Position numbers and translations under genes: made by a program
From: an uncultured Acidobacteriota bacterium
GTDB taxonomy: Bacteria; Acidobacteriota; Thermoanaerobaculia; UBA5066; DATFVB01
Direction of reading: 5' to 3'
Assembly: GCA_963813155.1 (NCBI GenBank)
Contig: CAWEYG010000003.1
Coordinates: 960,001 to 1,024,000, forward strand
Length of the DNA: 64,000 nt
The notes under the pieces: generated by a model
What the model saw: the letters and a program-made list of their open reading frames with translations, nothing else
The model's database searches: none
Told to the model about the DNA's origin: nothing
In this document: piece after piece, positions 29,885-39,787 of the stretch
How the letters are laid out: every line of letters starts with the position of its first letter
How positions within the stretch are numbered: the first letter of the stretch is position 1

Positions 29885-31933
29885 TCAGGCGGCCCCGGTC
29901 TCGAGCTTCGTGAGCGCCTCGTCGGTCGCCAGCAGGATCAGCCGGTCGCCGCGCTGGAGCCGGTCCGTCGCCGAAGGAACGAACCGGCGTTCGAGCCCGT
30001 CGCGCCCGAGACGCTTGACCGCGAGGATCGTCACCCCGAACCGGCTCCGAAAATTCGCCTCGGACACGGTGCGCCCGTAGTACTCGGGCGGCACGTCGAT
30101 TTGCGACAACCGGTGCCGCTCGGGCAGCTCGAAGTAATCCACCTCGCGGCCGCCCTCGCCCCCGTGGCCGATCTTCGCGAACAGCCGGCTCTGCCGAAGG
30201 GCCTCGCGCTCGAAGGCCCCGAGCAGGTCGCGGCGCGTCACCATGCCCAGGAACTTTCTCTCCTTTTCCGAGGAAACGACCGGCAGCCAGCCGAGATCGC
30301 GGAGCCAGAGCTTTTCGTTGACCGACGAGAGCGGCTCCTCGGGCGTCACGAAGGGAATCTCGCGGACGAGGTCGCCCGCGATCACGAGATGCGAGAGCGC
30401 CGGGTCGGAGAGCTCCGGGTCGCCGAGAACATCCTTCAAATCGTGCAGGTCGATGACCCCCAGCAGGTTGCCTCCCGAGTCACCGACGAAGAGATAGAAG
30501 GCCCGCGTCTCCAAAAACGTTCGGACGATTTCCGGCAGCGGGACCGTCTGAGGGATCAGGTGAATGTCGGTTCGCATGATCTCCTTGACGCGCATGCTCG
30601 CGAGCGCTGTCGACTCCGGCGTCTCGCTCCACTCCACGCCCGATTCGCGGAGCTCCTCGACGTAGACCGATTCCTTCTCGAACACCTTCGCTCCGGAGAT
30701 GGCCAGGATCGAGACGATCATCATCGGGAGCACGACGTTTCCATCCTGCGTGAGCTCGAACATCATCACGATCGCGAGAAACGGCGCGCGGGTCGTGCCC
30801 GCCAGCATCCCCCCCATCCCGAGAAGCGCGTAGGCGGACACGGGCGCCGAGACGTGCGGGAAGAGCGTTTCCACGACGATCGCGACGGAACCGCCCAACG
30901 CCGCGCCGACCATCAACGCAGGCGTGAACACGCCGCCGACCCCTCCCGAGCCGATCGTGAGCGCCGTCGCCAGAATTTTGCACGCAAAAATCGCGACGAA
31001 GAACCAGAGGATGGGTTTCATCGCGAGGAGATGATTGGTCCCTTCGAAACCGTTCCCCCAGACCTCCGGAAAGGCGAAGGCGAGCCCTCCGACGCCGAGC
31101 CCGCCGAGAGCCATCCTCCACTCGTCCCGCCAGCCCAGCCGGAGAAACATCTTCTTCGAGAATCGAAGCGTTCTCATGAACAGGACCGAACCGAGCCCGG
31201 CCAGAAGCCCGACGGCAATGTACGGAACGGTCTCGCGCACGGACCCGATCTCGAAGGTCGGCATCCGGTACAGCGGCTCGTTCCCCAGGACGGCGCGGGT
31301 CAGCAGAGCCGACACGAAAGCGGAAACGATCGCGGGGCCGAACACCGCCATCGTGAACGACCCGATGACGAGCTCCACGACGAACAGCGTCGCGGAAAAC
31401 GGCGTGTTGTACGCGCCGGCGACGCCGGCGGCCATCCCGCACGCGACGAGCACGCGGGCCCGCTCCGGCGAGACCTGGACGGCGCGCGCCACGACGGAGG
31501 AAAACGCCGCGCCCATCTGGATGATCGGGCCCTCGCGCCCTTCCGAGCCTCCGGTCGAGATCACGAGAGCCGAAGAAGCCGTTCGCGCGAGCGATTGCCG
31601 AAATCGAACCGTGCGGCGGCCCACGGCCACGACCTCCATGATCTGCGCGATTCCCATGGTTCCCCCGGTCCGCACGAAGACGCGGGCGATGACGCCGCCG
31701 GCCAGGCCCCCAAGAGTCGGGATCAGGAGCCGGGCGAGGTAAGGAAGGGCCGCGGCTCCTCGGACGATGTCGGACGTGCCCGTGAGGCGCTCCGTGAGCG
31801 CCTGCGTGAACCAGCGAAACACAATCGCGCCGGCGGCCCCGAGGACTCCCACGAGGACCGCCAGCGCCAGAAACTGCGTGTTCGGATCCCGCCAGAAAAG
31901 CCGGGCGAAACGGATCCGGCTACTCGTCCCCAC
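29885..31933 (-). CDS. ClC-family chloride channel/transporter with CBS pair and TrkA-C (RCK-C) domain
   Basis: GSEGREGP, GGVFTPAL, CBS repeats and C-terminal GVTILAVKR..LQRGDRLIL. Confidence 0.9.
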   Translation of the reverse strand: MGTSSRIRFARLFWRDPNTQFLALAVLVGVLGAAGAIVFRWFTQALTERLTGTSDIVRGAAALPYLARLLIPTLGGLAGGVIARVFVRTGGTMGIAQIMEVVAVGRRTVRFRQSLARTASSALVISTGGSEGREGPIIQMGAAFSSVVARAVQVSPERARVLVACGMAAGVAGAYNTPFSATLFVVELVIGSFTMAVFGPAIVSAFVSALLTRAVLGNEPLYRMPTFEIGSVRETVPYIAVGLLAGLGSVLFMRTLRFSKKMFLRLGWRDEWRMALGGLGVGGLAFAFPEVWGNGFEGTNHLLAMKPILWFFVAIFACKILATALTIGSGGVGGVFTPALMVGAALGGSVAIVVETLFPHVSAPVSAYALLGMGGMLAGTTRAPFLAIVMMFELTQDGNVVLPMMIVSILAISGAKVFEKESVYVEELRESGVEWSETPESTALASMRVKEIMRTDIHLIPQTVPLPEIVRTFLETRAFYLFVGDSGGNLLGVIDLHDLKDVLGDPELSDPALSHLVIAGDLVREIPFVTPEEPLSSVNEKLWLRDLGWLPVVSSEKERKFLGMVTRRDLLGAFEREALRQSRLFAKIGHGGEGGREVDYFELPERHRLSQIDVPPEYYGRTVSEANFRSRFGVTILAVKRLGRDGLERRFVPSATDRLQRGDRLILLATDEALTKLETGAA

Positions 31934-32138
31934 TCTCCTCCTCCTCCTCGTCTTCCCCGGCGAAGAAGTAGGTATCTCCGCATCGCTGGCCGCAGAAGTC
32001 GCGGCCTCCTCTTCTCACGAGGCAACGGGTGCAAAACCATCTCTGGCACGAGGGACACCGCGCCAGGGCATCGTCGACGAGCGGCGTGGGGCTCGGAATC
32101 CGGAAGCAAACCATGCACCGATCCGAAGGCTCGGCCAT
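31920..32138 (-). CDS. Small Cys-rich zinc-finger protein with acidic tail
   Basis: CMVC, CPSC, CTRC and CGQRC; EDEEEEE tail; overlaps the ClC start. Confidence 0.7.
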   Translation of the reverse strand: MAEPSDRCMVCFRIPSPTPLVDDALARCPSCQRWFCTRCLVRRGGRDFCGQRCGDTYFFAGEDEEEEESGDE

Positions 32139-32153
32139 GGAATGCAGTCTACT

Positions 32154-32720
32154 TTACTTCGCTTTTTCTTCTTTCTCGAATCGCAACGTTTCGCCGGTTT
32201 TCGCGTCTCTCAGCGCGATCCGGTTCGGCTCGATCTCGATCCGCCACGAGCGGCCCGCGGTCCCGCGAATCGCGCGCGCGCAGTCGCTCGGCCTCGTCTC
32301 TCCCGCGAATCCGTCGCCTTCGATCTTCAGGTAGACCCCGCATGCCGAATTCAGCTCGTCGGAGGTGAATCTCGCGGATGCGGGCGACATCGCCGTGACA
32401 CCGGGATCGAAATGAGGCAGGTACCCGATGTGGATCGAGTCTCCCTGCGGCTCGATCCTCAGGAGCGCCTGCTCGCGAATGTTCGTCTTCTCGAACTGGC
32501 CCGAGACCGTCACGAAATAGTCGTACGGGTGCGAAAGGCTGACCGAGACCGGCGTGATCGCAATCGAGAGCTTGTTGCCGGGAGTCGCCCCGACGTAGCG
32601 GCCCGGAAGATACCGGGCGAGGTTATCGATGGGCGCCAGGGCGCCGTTGGACACGGCCGCGACCGCGAGACAAAGACTCAGGATCGCGAACCGAACCGGT
32701 GTGAACCAGGATTTCTTCAT
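32154..32720 (-). CDS. Secreted hypothetical protein, possibly CpcT/CpeT-like beta-barrel
   Basis: Signal peptide; ACGVYLKIEGDGFAGET..C pattern resembles the CpcT family, weakly. Confidence 0.55.
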   Translation of the reverse strand: MKKSWFTPVRFAILSLCLAVAAVSNGALAPIDNLARYLPGRYVGATPGNKLSIAITPVSVSLSHPYDYFVTVSGQFEKTNIREQALLRIEPQGDSIHIGYLPHFDPGVTAMSPASARFTSDELNSACGVYLKIEGDGFAGETRPSDCARAIRGTAGRSWRIEIEPNRIALRDAKTGETLRFEKEEKAK

Positions 32721-32851
32721 GTTGTTACTCCCTCCGCTGCCGAACCTTTGCGAGATTCGTACCCACTACTCCCCTTTTCTCATGAAACACTTAGGTTTGC
32801 CGAATGGCCTCGGAGCCGATTCGATGACCCCGGAAGAGGACACTCGCTCCG

Positions 32852-32941
32852 TGGTGCCGGAGGCCGGAATCGAACCGGCACGGCCCTTTCGGGCCTCGGG
32901 ATTTTAAGTCCCGTGCGTCTGCCAAATTTCGCCACTCCGGC
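32852..32941 (-). tRNA. tRNA-Leu(TAA)
   Basis: GCCGGAGTGGCGAAA..CTTAAAA, long variable arm, CCA end. Confidence 0.96.
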
Positions 32942-32978
32942 TCTCAAATCCCTCGGTTCAATTCTCGCACGGGTGGGT

Positions 32979-33053
32979 TGGAGGCGACGGTGGGAATCGA
33001 ACCCACGAATAAAGGTTTTGCAGACCTCTCCCTTACCACTTGGGTACGTCGCC
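32979..33053 (-). tRNA. tRNA-Cys(GCA)
   Basis: GGCGACGTACCCAAG..CTGCAAA..GGTTCGATTCC..CCA. Confidence 0.96.
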
Positions 33054-33069
33054 GCGGACTCAAGGCGCG

Positions 33070-33099
33070 ATTCTAGGCTTCGCGTCGACCCGAGGTCAA
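33070..33099 (-). promoter_or_regulatory. Sigma70 promoter of tRNA-Cys/tRNA-Leu
   Basis: TTGACC-N18-TAGAAT. Confidence 0.65.
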
Positions 33100-33115
33100 A
33101 CAGAGCGCCACCACC

Positions 33116-33718
33116 CTAGATCCGGCTGTAGGAGCGAATCAGGCCGGTCACGACGCCCTGGATGCGAACGTCCTTCGGCTCTGCGAAGATCGGCTTCATG
33201 ACGCTGTTCGCGGGCTGCAGGCGCACGCGCTTGCCCTCCGCGTAGAAACGCTTGAGCGTCGCCTCGCCTTTCAGCAGCGCGACGACGGTCTGCCCGTTCT
33301 CGGCGTTTTCCCGGCGCGAAACGACGATGTAGTCGCCGTCGTGAATCCCGTCCTCGACCATCGAGTCGCCGCGGACTTTCAGCACGAAGTGCTCTCCCTT
33401 GCCGAGCAGCGACGGGGGAACTTCGATCGAATCGGAATCGGGGAACGGCTCGATCGGGCGGCCCGCCGCGACGATCCCGAGGAGCCGCACGGCCGTCGCC
33501 GGCTCTTCGGCCTCCACCGGCGCGAGGCTGCGGCTCTTGTTCCAGTCGCGCGTGAGCGCTTTCTTCTCCTGCAGCAGGCGAAGGTGCTTCTGAACGGTCC
33601 CGAAGCTCGAGAGCCCGAACTCCTCGCGGATCTCCCTCTGCGTCGGAGAAATTCCGTTCTTGCGCCTGTAAGCGGAGATGAAATCGAGAATTTCTTTTTG
33701 ACGCTTCGTCAGATTCAT
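33116..33718 (-). CDS. lexA: SOS repressor LexA
   Basis: LTKRQKEIL..PTQREI winged HTH, VAAG cleavage site, catalytic GDSM and ATLKR. Confidence 0.95.
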   Translation of the reverse strand: MNLTKRQKEILDFISAYRRKNGISPTQREIREEFGLSSFGTVQKHLRLLQEKKALTRDWNKSRSLAPVEAEEPATAVRLLGIVAAGRPIEPFPDSDSIEVPPSLLGKGEHFVLKVRGDSMVEDGIHDGDYIVVSRRENAENGQTVVALLKGEATLKRFYAEGKRVRLQPANSVMKPIFAEPKDVRIQGVVTGLIRSYSRI

Positions 33719-33811
33719 CGGCGGCACCCCTGTTCGAAAAAAGAAGGCCGAGGGAACTACCGCGGCCCGCGCTCTGATCAGCTGCGCCGGCCCGTCGGCC
33801 TCACTTCCGGG

Positions 33812-33840
33812 AATATAGGCGTAAGGGAGGCGTAAGTCAA
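33812..33840 (-). promoter_or_regulatory. lexA sigma70 promoter with overlapping direct repeat (candidate operator)
   Basis: TTGACT-N17-TATATT; CTTACGCCT-N2-CTTACGCCT spans the spacer. Confidence 0.7.
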
Positions 33841-33889
33841 GTGTCAGTATCTCAGAAGGGGCTTGAGGAATACCTTCCCCAGCCGGGGT

Positions 33890-34591
33890 TCAGGGACGCG
33901 AGCGTCGCTCGATAATTCGAAGTAGATAGTTCGCGACGCCGATAACTTCCGCCGCCTCGCGAGGATCTCCAAACGTCGGGGTCGCACGACCGGAATCGCT
34001 CAGAAATACTCCAAAGGCTCCGGACACGAATTCACAGAATGCGTCATTCGCCCCCGGGTCCTGGCCAGGATCGCGGAGAGGCCCGGTCCCGGAATCGAAG
34101 GCTTCCTTCAACAGTCGGCGTGGAGGGTGCGCCGAAAGGCCGGTGGCTCCGCGGATAGCGGATTCGACTCGCTCAAAGGCCTGAGTGACGGCGCCCGGAT
34201 AGTCTCCGCGAACAAATGATCGCCAGACGTTTTCTCGAAGGAGAAAATGGAGACCGCTCCTGTTCAAGATGGACGAGTTCCCCGGAGGAAAAAGGCCGAC
34301 TTCTCGCGCCTTCGCGTTCCCCGCGCCCGTCACGACATACCCTCCGCGAGTTTTGACGTCGAGGGTAATATGCCCTTCCCGCTCCAGCCTGGTCCATGCC
34401 GACATGATCTGTCTGGATACATCTTTACTTCGTGAGGGGTACTCTCTGGCGATCGCGGTCGAAACGGTTTCCGGGTGGAGGCTCTCGGCTTCCAACGCCA
34501 CGACAAACCGAAGAAGAGGAGCCACCAATTCATCCGGAGTCAGTTCGAGAAACGATTCTTCGTCCGGAAAATATTCACTAATCAGGGCCAT
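33890..34591 (-). CDS. TIGR02391-family protein
   Basis: DYPGAVTQAFERVESAIR, AFDSGTGPL and EAAEVIGVANYLLRII; visibly more AT-rich than the flanks. Confidence 0.72.
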   Translation of the reverse strand: MALISEYFPDEESFLELTPDELVAPLLRFVVALEAESLHPETVSTAIAREYPSRSKDVSRQIMSAWTRLEREGHITLDVKTRGGYVVTGAGNAKAREVGLFPPGNSSILNRSGLHFLLRENVWRSFVRGDYPGAVTQAFERVESAIRGATGLSAHPPRRLLKEAFDSGTGPLRDPGQDPGANDAFCEFVSGAFGVFLSDSGRATPTFGDPREAAEVIGVANYLLRIIERRSRP

Positions 34592-34810
34592 CGTGTCCCC
34601 TTCCGCGATCGGCAGGAATCGCCCGTTCTCCGGGCCAAGTTCGCCGAGGCTTACACAGCAACCCAGTGCTCACCGCGCTCCTAGCGGACGGCGGAGCCGT
34701 GCGGGATGGGCCGTCAGCCGCAAGGATGCCAATTGTTGGATTAACGCTCGATAAACCAAAGGTCGCCTGCGGCGAGCCCGAACCTGGAGGTGTCCTACGC
34801 CGGAGGAAGG

Positions 34811-34888
<78 letters not shown>

Positions 34889-34944
34889 AGAGAGAAACCG
34901 GAGTTTATACCTGAAAGGGGCGGACGCGTAAAGCCTTGCGGCTC

Positions 34945-35436
34945 CTAGAGCTTCGCCTCCATGTGCCTTTTGAAGAATTTCCGGTGCAGGTAAAGGTAAA
35001 TGACGATCAGCACGTTCACGAAAAGGATGAGGAAGCGGTGCGCGGAAAAGCTGCGCACGAAGAGATGCCTCACCTCGAACGGAATGAAAACGGCCGTCAG
35101 GACGATCGTGAGCCAGGGAGCCCATGTGTAGCCTCGCGCAAGAAAGAACCCTTCGCACGCGACAATGACGCCGGCGATCAGGCATGAGGCCACGATCGCC
35201 GGGAAATGCAGCTCGAACGCGAACGAGAGGTCCCGCAGCATCCGCGCGGTGAAACCGAGGCGGGACGTCCCCTCCACCCAGTCCGCCCATCGCAGAAGCA
35301 GGCGCGAGACGGGCTCCTGCCGTTCGATCGCGAGCGCCGCTCCGGCGACCAGGAACAGGACCGCCTTGAAGAACTTGAAAATGATGATCGCAACGAGCAG
35401 GCCAGGGCGCTTCGACTCCGGAGATCGGCCTGCCAT
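34945..35436 (-). CDS. DUF2127-family membrane protein
   Basis: IIIFKFFKA, EGFFLARGYTWA, FIPFEV and VNVLIVIYL. Confidence 0.8.
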   Translation of the reverse strand: MAGRSPESKRPGLLVAIIIFKFFKAVLFLVAGAALAIERQEPVSRLLLRWADWVEGTSRLGFTARMLRDLSFAFELHFPAIVASCLIAGVIVACEGFFLARGYTWAPWLTIVLTAVFIPFEVRHLFVRSFSAHRFLILFVNVLIVIYLYLHRKFFKRHMEAKL

Positions 35437-35462
35437 CGGGTTCGATTGTAGCCGGAAAGCCG

Positions 35463-36155
35463 TCACCCGCGAGACGCTGCGACGACCTCCCCGAACAAAG
35501 CGGGTTCCGGGGATTCGATTCGGACCGGCTCGCCCGAAAACGGATCCGCGAATTCGAGGCGATGCGCGTGAAGGAGCAGGCGCGGTACGTCCCGCAGGAC
35601 CCGGCGCAGCGCCGGGTCGCGCACTCCCCTCCACCGGGGCCCGCCATACAGGTCGTCGCCGACGATCGGATGTCCGCGCGAAGCGAGATGCACTCGGAGC
35701 TGGTGCGTTCTCCCCGTCCTCGGCGTGAGCTCGAGGTGCGCGACCGAGGAGAGCCGCTCGAGCGTCCGATATTCCGTCGAGGCGGGCTTGCCCTCTTCGG
35801 CAACCTTCATTTTTCGCCGATCCTCGCGGTCCATGGCGAGGGGCGAGTCGATGAGGCCCTCGGCGGGCTTCGGATGGCCCCAGACGAGGGCGCGATACGT
35901 CTTCTCGACCTTCCGCTCCTGAAACAGGAGCGACGCCACCCGGTGCGCCTCCGGATCCTTCGCGAGCAGGACGACGCCCGAGGTCCCGACGTCCAGCCGA
36001 TGGACGAGCAGGAGGTTCCGGGCCGACCCGGGAGAAAGGCCAGCAGCCTCGACGAGCCTCTCGACGGCCTGCTGCTCGCCTCCTCGCGGAGTCGCCATCG
36101 AGAGGCCGGAGGGCTTATCGAGAGCGAGGAAGCGGGAGGTTTCGAGGAGGATCAA
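35463..36155 (-). CDS. RluA-family pseudouridine synthase
   Basis: DKPSG, HRLDVGTSG, TGRTHQLRVH and IVGDDLYG. Confidence 0.93.
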   Translation of the reverse strand: MILLETSRFLALDKPSGLSMATPRGGEQQAVERLVEAAGLSPGSARNLLLVHRLDVGTSGVVLLAKDPEAHRVASLLFQERKVEKTYRALVWGHPKPAEGLIDSPLAMDREDRRKMKVAEEGKPASTEYRTLERLSSVAHLELTPRTGRTHQLRVHLASRGHPIVGDDLYGGPRWRGVRDPALRRVLRDVPRLLLHAHRLEFADPFSGEPVRIESPEPALFGEVVAASRG

Positions 36156-36430
36156 CGCAACCGAACGGACGTCACCTTCGGAAACGCGGCCTTCACTTTG
36201 GCTTCCAGCTGCGGCAGGAGCGCTTCCACCGCGCGCCGGCAACGCGGGTCGAGCAGGACGACGTCAATCGCTCCCTTTTCGGCCGGGCGGGGCTCGATCT
36301 TACCGGCGAGATACGGACCGACGAGCTCCGGCCACTTCTCCGCGAGGAGCGAGCCGATGGGCCGCGCGCCCTTGAGACGCCGCAGGGAATCGCGACAGGC
36401 GTCGTCGAGGCGGGTGAACGAACGCTTCAC
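36152..36430 (-). CDS. DciA/DUF721-like small protein
   Basis: WPELVG motif; 92 aa; overlaps both neighbours. Confidence 0.6.
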   Translation of the reverse strand: MKRSFTRLDDACRDSLRRLKGARPIGSLLAEKWPELVGPYLAGKIEPRPAEKGAIDVVLLDPRCRRAVEALLPQLEAKVKAAFPKVTSVRLR

Positions 36431-37383
36431 GGAATGCCCACGACCGGCCAGCGGGGCCTCTCGCCCCGAAGGACCCTGCGAACGTCCTCGCTCACCATCC
36501 TCGCCATTTCTTCGCGCGTCTCCTCGGTCGCGGACGCCGCGTGGGGCATCAGCAGAACCCGGTCATCGTCGAGAAGCGCCGGAGCGATGACGGGCTCGCG
36601 CTCGTAAACGTCGAGCGCCGCGCCCCAGACTCGCTTCTCGTCGAGAGCGCGGCACAGCGCCATCTCGTCGACGATGGCGCCCCTCGCCGTGTTGACGAGG
36701 ATCGCCGACGGCTTCATCCGGGAGAACGCCTCCGCCCCGATGAGGTGGAAAGTTTCGGGGGTGAGCGGAACGTGCAGGGAGACGACGTCGCTCGAGGAGA
36801 GGAGGTGCTCGAAGGAGACTCGCCGGGGGTCGTCGGGATCGGACGGATCGCGGGGCGAGCGCCCGAACGCGATCGGATCCATTCCAAACGCGCGAGCCCG
36901 CCGGGCCGTCGCCTTTCCAATCCTCCCGGGACCGACGATTCCGAGGGTTTTCCCCTGCAACCCCCTCCCGAGCAGAAGATCCGGCCGCCAGCCCGAAAAG
37001 CCTCCCGCCCGCACCAGGCGGTCTCCCTCGAGGATGCGGCGCGCGACCGCGAGGATCATGGCCATCGCCATGTCGGCCGTCGCCTCCGTCAGGACCCCGG
37101 GCGTGTGCGTCACGACGATCCTGCGCGCGGCCGCCGCCGCGACGTCGATGTTGTCCACGCCGACCGCATAGTTCGCGACGATCTTGAGCTTTGGAGCTCG
37201 CGAGAGCAGCGGCTCGCCGACCGGAACCGAGAGAAGGCAGATGAGCGCATCGGCGTCGGAGAGCTCCGCCGCCAGATGCTCGGGCGACGTGTCGGCGTCG
37301 AGAACGCGAAGGTCGAACTCCTCCGCGAGGCCGGCAAAAACGGGCCCGGGCAACGGGGACGTCGCGACGACGATCGGGTTCAC
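36427..37383 (-). CDS. D-2-hydroxyacid (D-glycerate/glyoxylate) dehydrogenase
   Basis: AVGVDNID, GPGRIG, NTARG, LDVYERE and PH motifs. Confidence 0.92.
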   Translation of the reverse strand: MNPIVVATSPLPGPVFAGLAEEFDLRVLDADTSPEHLAAELSDADALICLLSVPVGEPLLSRAPKLKIVANYAVGVDNIDVAAAAARRIVVTHTPGVLTEATADMAMAMILAVARRILEGDRLVRAGGFSGWRPDLLLGRGLQGKTLGIVGPGRIGKATARRARAFGMDPIAFGRSPRDPSDPDDPRRVSFEHLLSSSDVVSLHVPLTPETFHLIGAEAFSRMKPSAILVNTARGAIVDEMALCRALDEKRVWGAALDVYEREPVIAPALLDDDRVLLMPHAASATEETREEMARMVSEDVRRVLRGERPRWPVVGIP

Positions 37384-37586
37384 CGTTTCTTCCCCCCGAT
37401 CGCCTGCCCGAGCAGGAAGAGCGCGCCTCCGAGCGCGAGGACGGTCAGTTCCGCCCGGACGGGGCCGCCCAGCCGCTCCATGACGAAGGGGTGCTCCGCG
37501 CCGAACAGCCCGAAAAACAGAGCCATTCCCGTCGTCACGAGGCCGAGCAACATGAGGCTGCGGCCCAGGGTCTCACGCATCCTCAC
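37380..37586 (-). CDS. Small two-TM membrane protein
   Basis: 68 aa, two hydrophobic helices, overlaps both neighbours by 4 nt. Confidence 0.65.
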   Translation of the reverse strand: MRMRETLGRSLMLLGLVTTGMALFFGLFGAEHPFVMERLGGPVRAELTVLALGGALFLLGQAIGGKKR

Positions 37587-39633
37587 CGCGCCGGTTCGAC
37601 CGAAACCGAAATCACGCGATCCCCCTGTTCGATCCTGTCCGCGTTCGCCTGCCCGGAAACGACCCGTCCGAACAGGGGATAACGCCCGTCCAGGTGCGGC
37701 TGGGGAGACAGCGTGATGAAGAACTGGCTGCCTCCCGTGTCGGCGCCGCCGAGGGCCATTCCCACGGCGCCCCGTTCGAAGCTCCCCGGCCCCAGCTCGT
37801 CGCGGATTTCGTAGCCGGGACCGCCGTGCTGCGTCGCCGTCGGATCGCCCCCCTGAATCACGAAGTTGGGAACGGCGCGATCGAACGTCGTCCCGTCGAA
37901 AAATTTCCGCGACGCGAGGCCGGCGAAATTCTCGACGGTGAGCGGCGTTCCCTTCACGTCGAGCTCGATCACGATATCGCCCTTCGAGGTCCGGATCCTC
38001 GCCCGGCGGGGGTTCTCGGCCTCGGCGAGGATGCGCTCGTAGTCGGCGACCTTGCGGGTGCTCCGGTACGCAACCGCCGGGATCGCGGAAGCGTCCGAAT
38101 GGAAGATTTCGATCAACTGCTGGCGTGCGAAGCGCGCGACGAGCGGCCTCGGGTCCAGGAGTGCGGCGGCCTCAACCGACCTCGCTTCATCGGTCGCGAA
38201 TCGCGCAGCCGCGGTGACGGCCGAGAGCGCGGCGTCGGGAATCGAATCGCGGACGCTTCCCGCGAGGGCGGAGCGGAGGTCGGCGGCGATCGTCGGATCG
38301 CCGAGGTCGGCGAGCCGGTCGATCGCGGAGGAACGGACGCCCGCGTCCGGATCGGCGAGCATCGTCCGGATCGTCTCCCGATGCGCCGAATCCGCCGGCA
38401 TGCCGTCGATCGCGAACTCGCGCACGCGGGGGCTCGGGTCCGCGAGCATCCGGATGCGGTAGGGCGCCGCGAATTCCTCGGGCAATCCCGCAAGCCCCTC
38501 TGCGGCGGCTGCGCGCAGGGACGGGTCTTCCGAAGCGATCGCCAGATCGAGCTTCGACTTCGAATTCTCCCGGAGCCCCCGGACCAGCGAAACGATCGCG
38601 ACCTCCCGGCGGCGGCCCGCTCCCGACGTCGCCTGCGCGTTCAGCGTCCGAATCGCCTCGCGATCGCTCGTGAAGCGTCGCAGCGCCGTCAGCGCGGGGA
38701 TCGCGACGTTCGGGTTCGCGTCCGCGGCGAGCGACACGATGCGGGAGATGCAGCCGGCGGGCGGCGCCTCGGGCTTCTTGCCCTCGATCTGCTCGATCGC
38801 GTTCAGAGAATTCGCGAGAACCCCGGGTTCGCTCCGGCCGAGAGCGTCGCAAAGCGCCGGAAGGCCGCCGGGCCCGCCGAGCACACCGAGGCCGCGGGCC
38901 GCGAACGCCGCGGAATCGGGGTCCGGGTCCCGAGTGGCGAGCGCGATCGAGTCGAACGAGGACGGAATCGGGTTTCGGGAAATCGCGTAAATCGCCGCTC
39001 GCCGGACGTCGCCCGTTTCCTCCGAGGACGCGCGCCGGGCGAGGGAGGCCGCGGGCTCGGTCGCGAAGCCGGCCAGCGCGCGAAGCAGGCAGGGGCGCTC
39101 GGCGGGAGGCGCGGAATCGTAGGCGGCCGCGAGAGGCCCGTCGCCGGCGGCCGGGTGAAGGCGGCCGAGGGCCCGGGCAGCGGCGCACCCGACCATCGGG
39201 TCCCCCTGCCGCAAAAGCACGATGAGAGTCGGGGCCGCGCGCGGATCGCCGAGAAGCTCGAAACCGAGCGCCGAGGCCGCCCGCACCGAGGGTTCCCGGT
39301 CCGCGGAAAGCGTCGCGAGAATCGGGTACCCCCGCGCGTCGCCGATCGAGCCGATCGCGTGCGCCGCGCGCTCGCGAACGACCGTCTCCGGCCGGCTCGC
39401 GGCTTCTTCGAGGACCGCGCCGTCGTAGCGCCGGTCGTCTTCGAGCATCAGGAGCGACGCCTCCGCCTCGCCGGGCCGAGGCGAATTTCACTGCAGAAGG
39501 GGGCGGGGACTTGTTGCCCCGGAGAGGAGGGTCGCCGGGCAGGAGCGCAGGAAAGCAGGAACGCCGTCGCGGCCACTGCAAGGAAGCGCCTCGGGCGGCA
39601 GCTCGCTCGCTCGGGAATCGCAACTCGCGGCAT
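37583..39633 (-). CDS. HEAT-repeat lipoprotein with C-terminal cyclophilin PPIase (frameshift near 39490; start uncertain)
   Basis: HEAT repeats; VPNFVIQGGDP, GSQFFI and HLDGRY; lipobox-like FLLSC in the upstream frame. Confidence 0.85.
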
Positions 39634-39719
39634 CGCATTGCCCCCTTCGCCAAGTTCCCGTGAGTTCTCTCGTCAGCTTCGAGCTGAAGAACTCCAGCTC
39701 AGACAAGGCCGATTCCCTC
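39605..39719. repeat. Dispersed repeat, partial copy of the 56078..56460 element
   Basis: tcgggaatcgcaactcgcggcatcgc is identical to about 56128..56153; similarity continues for about 115 bp. Confidence 0.8.
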
Positions 39720-39787
39720 GCTCTGGACAGCCGCCCTTGCGCCTTCGACCCTGGTGAACGCTCGAGGAGGCGGAGGGGGCGAGGTCT

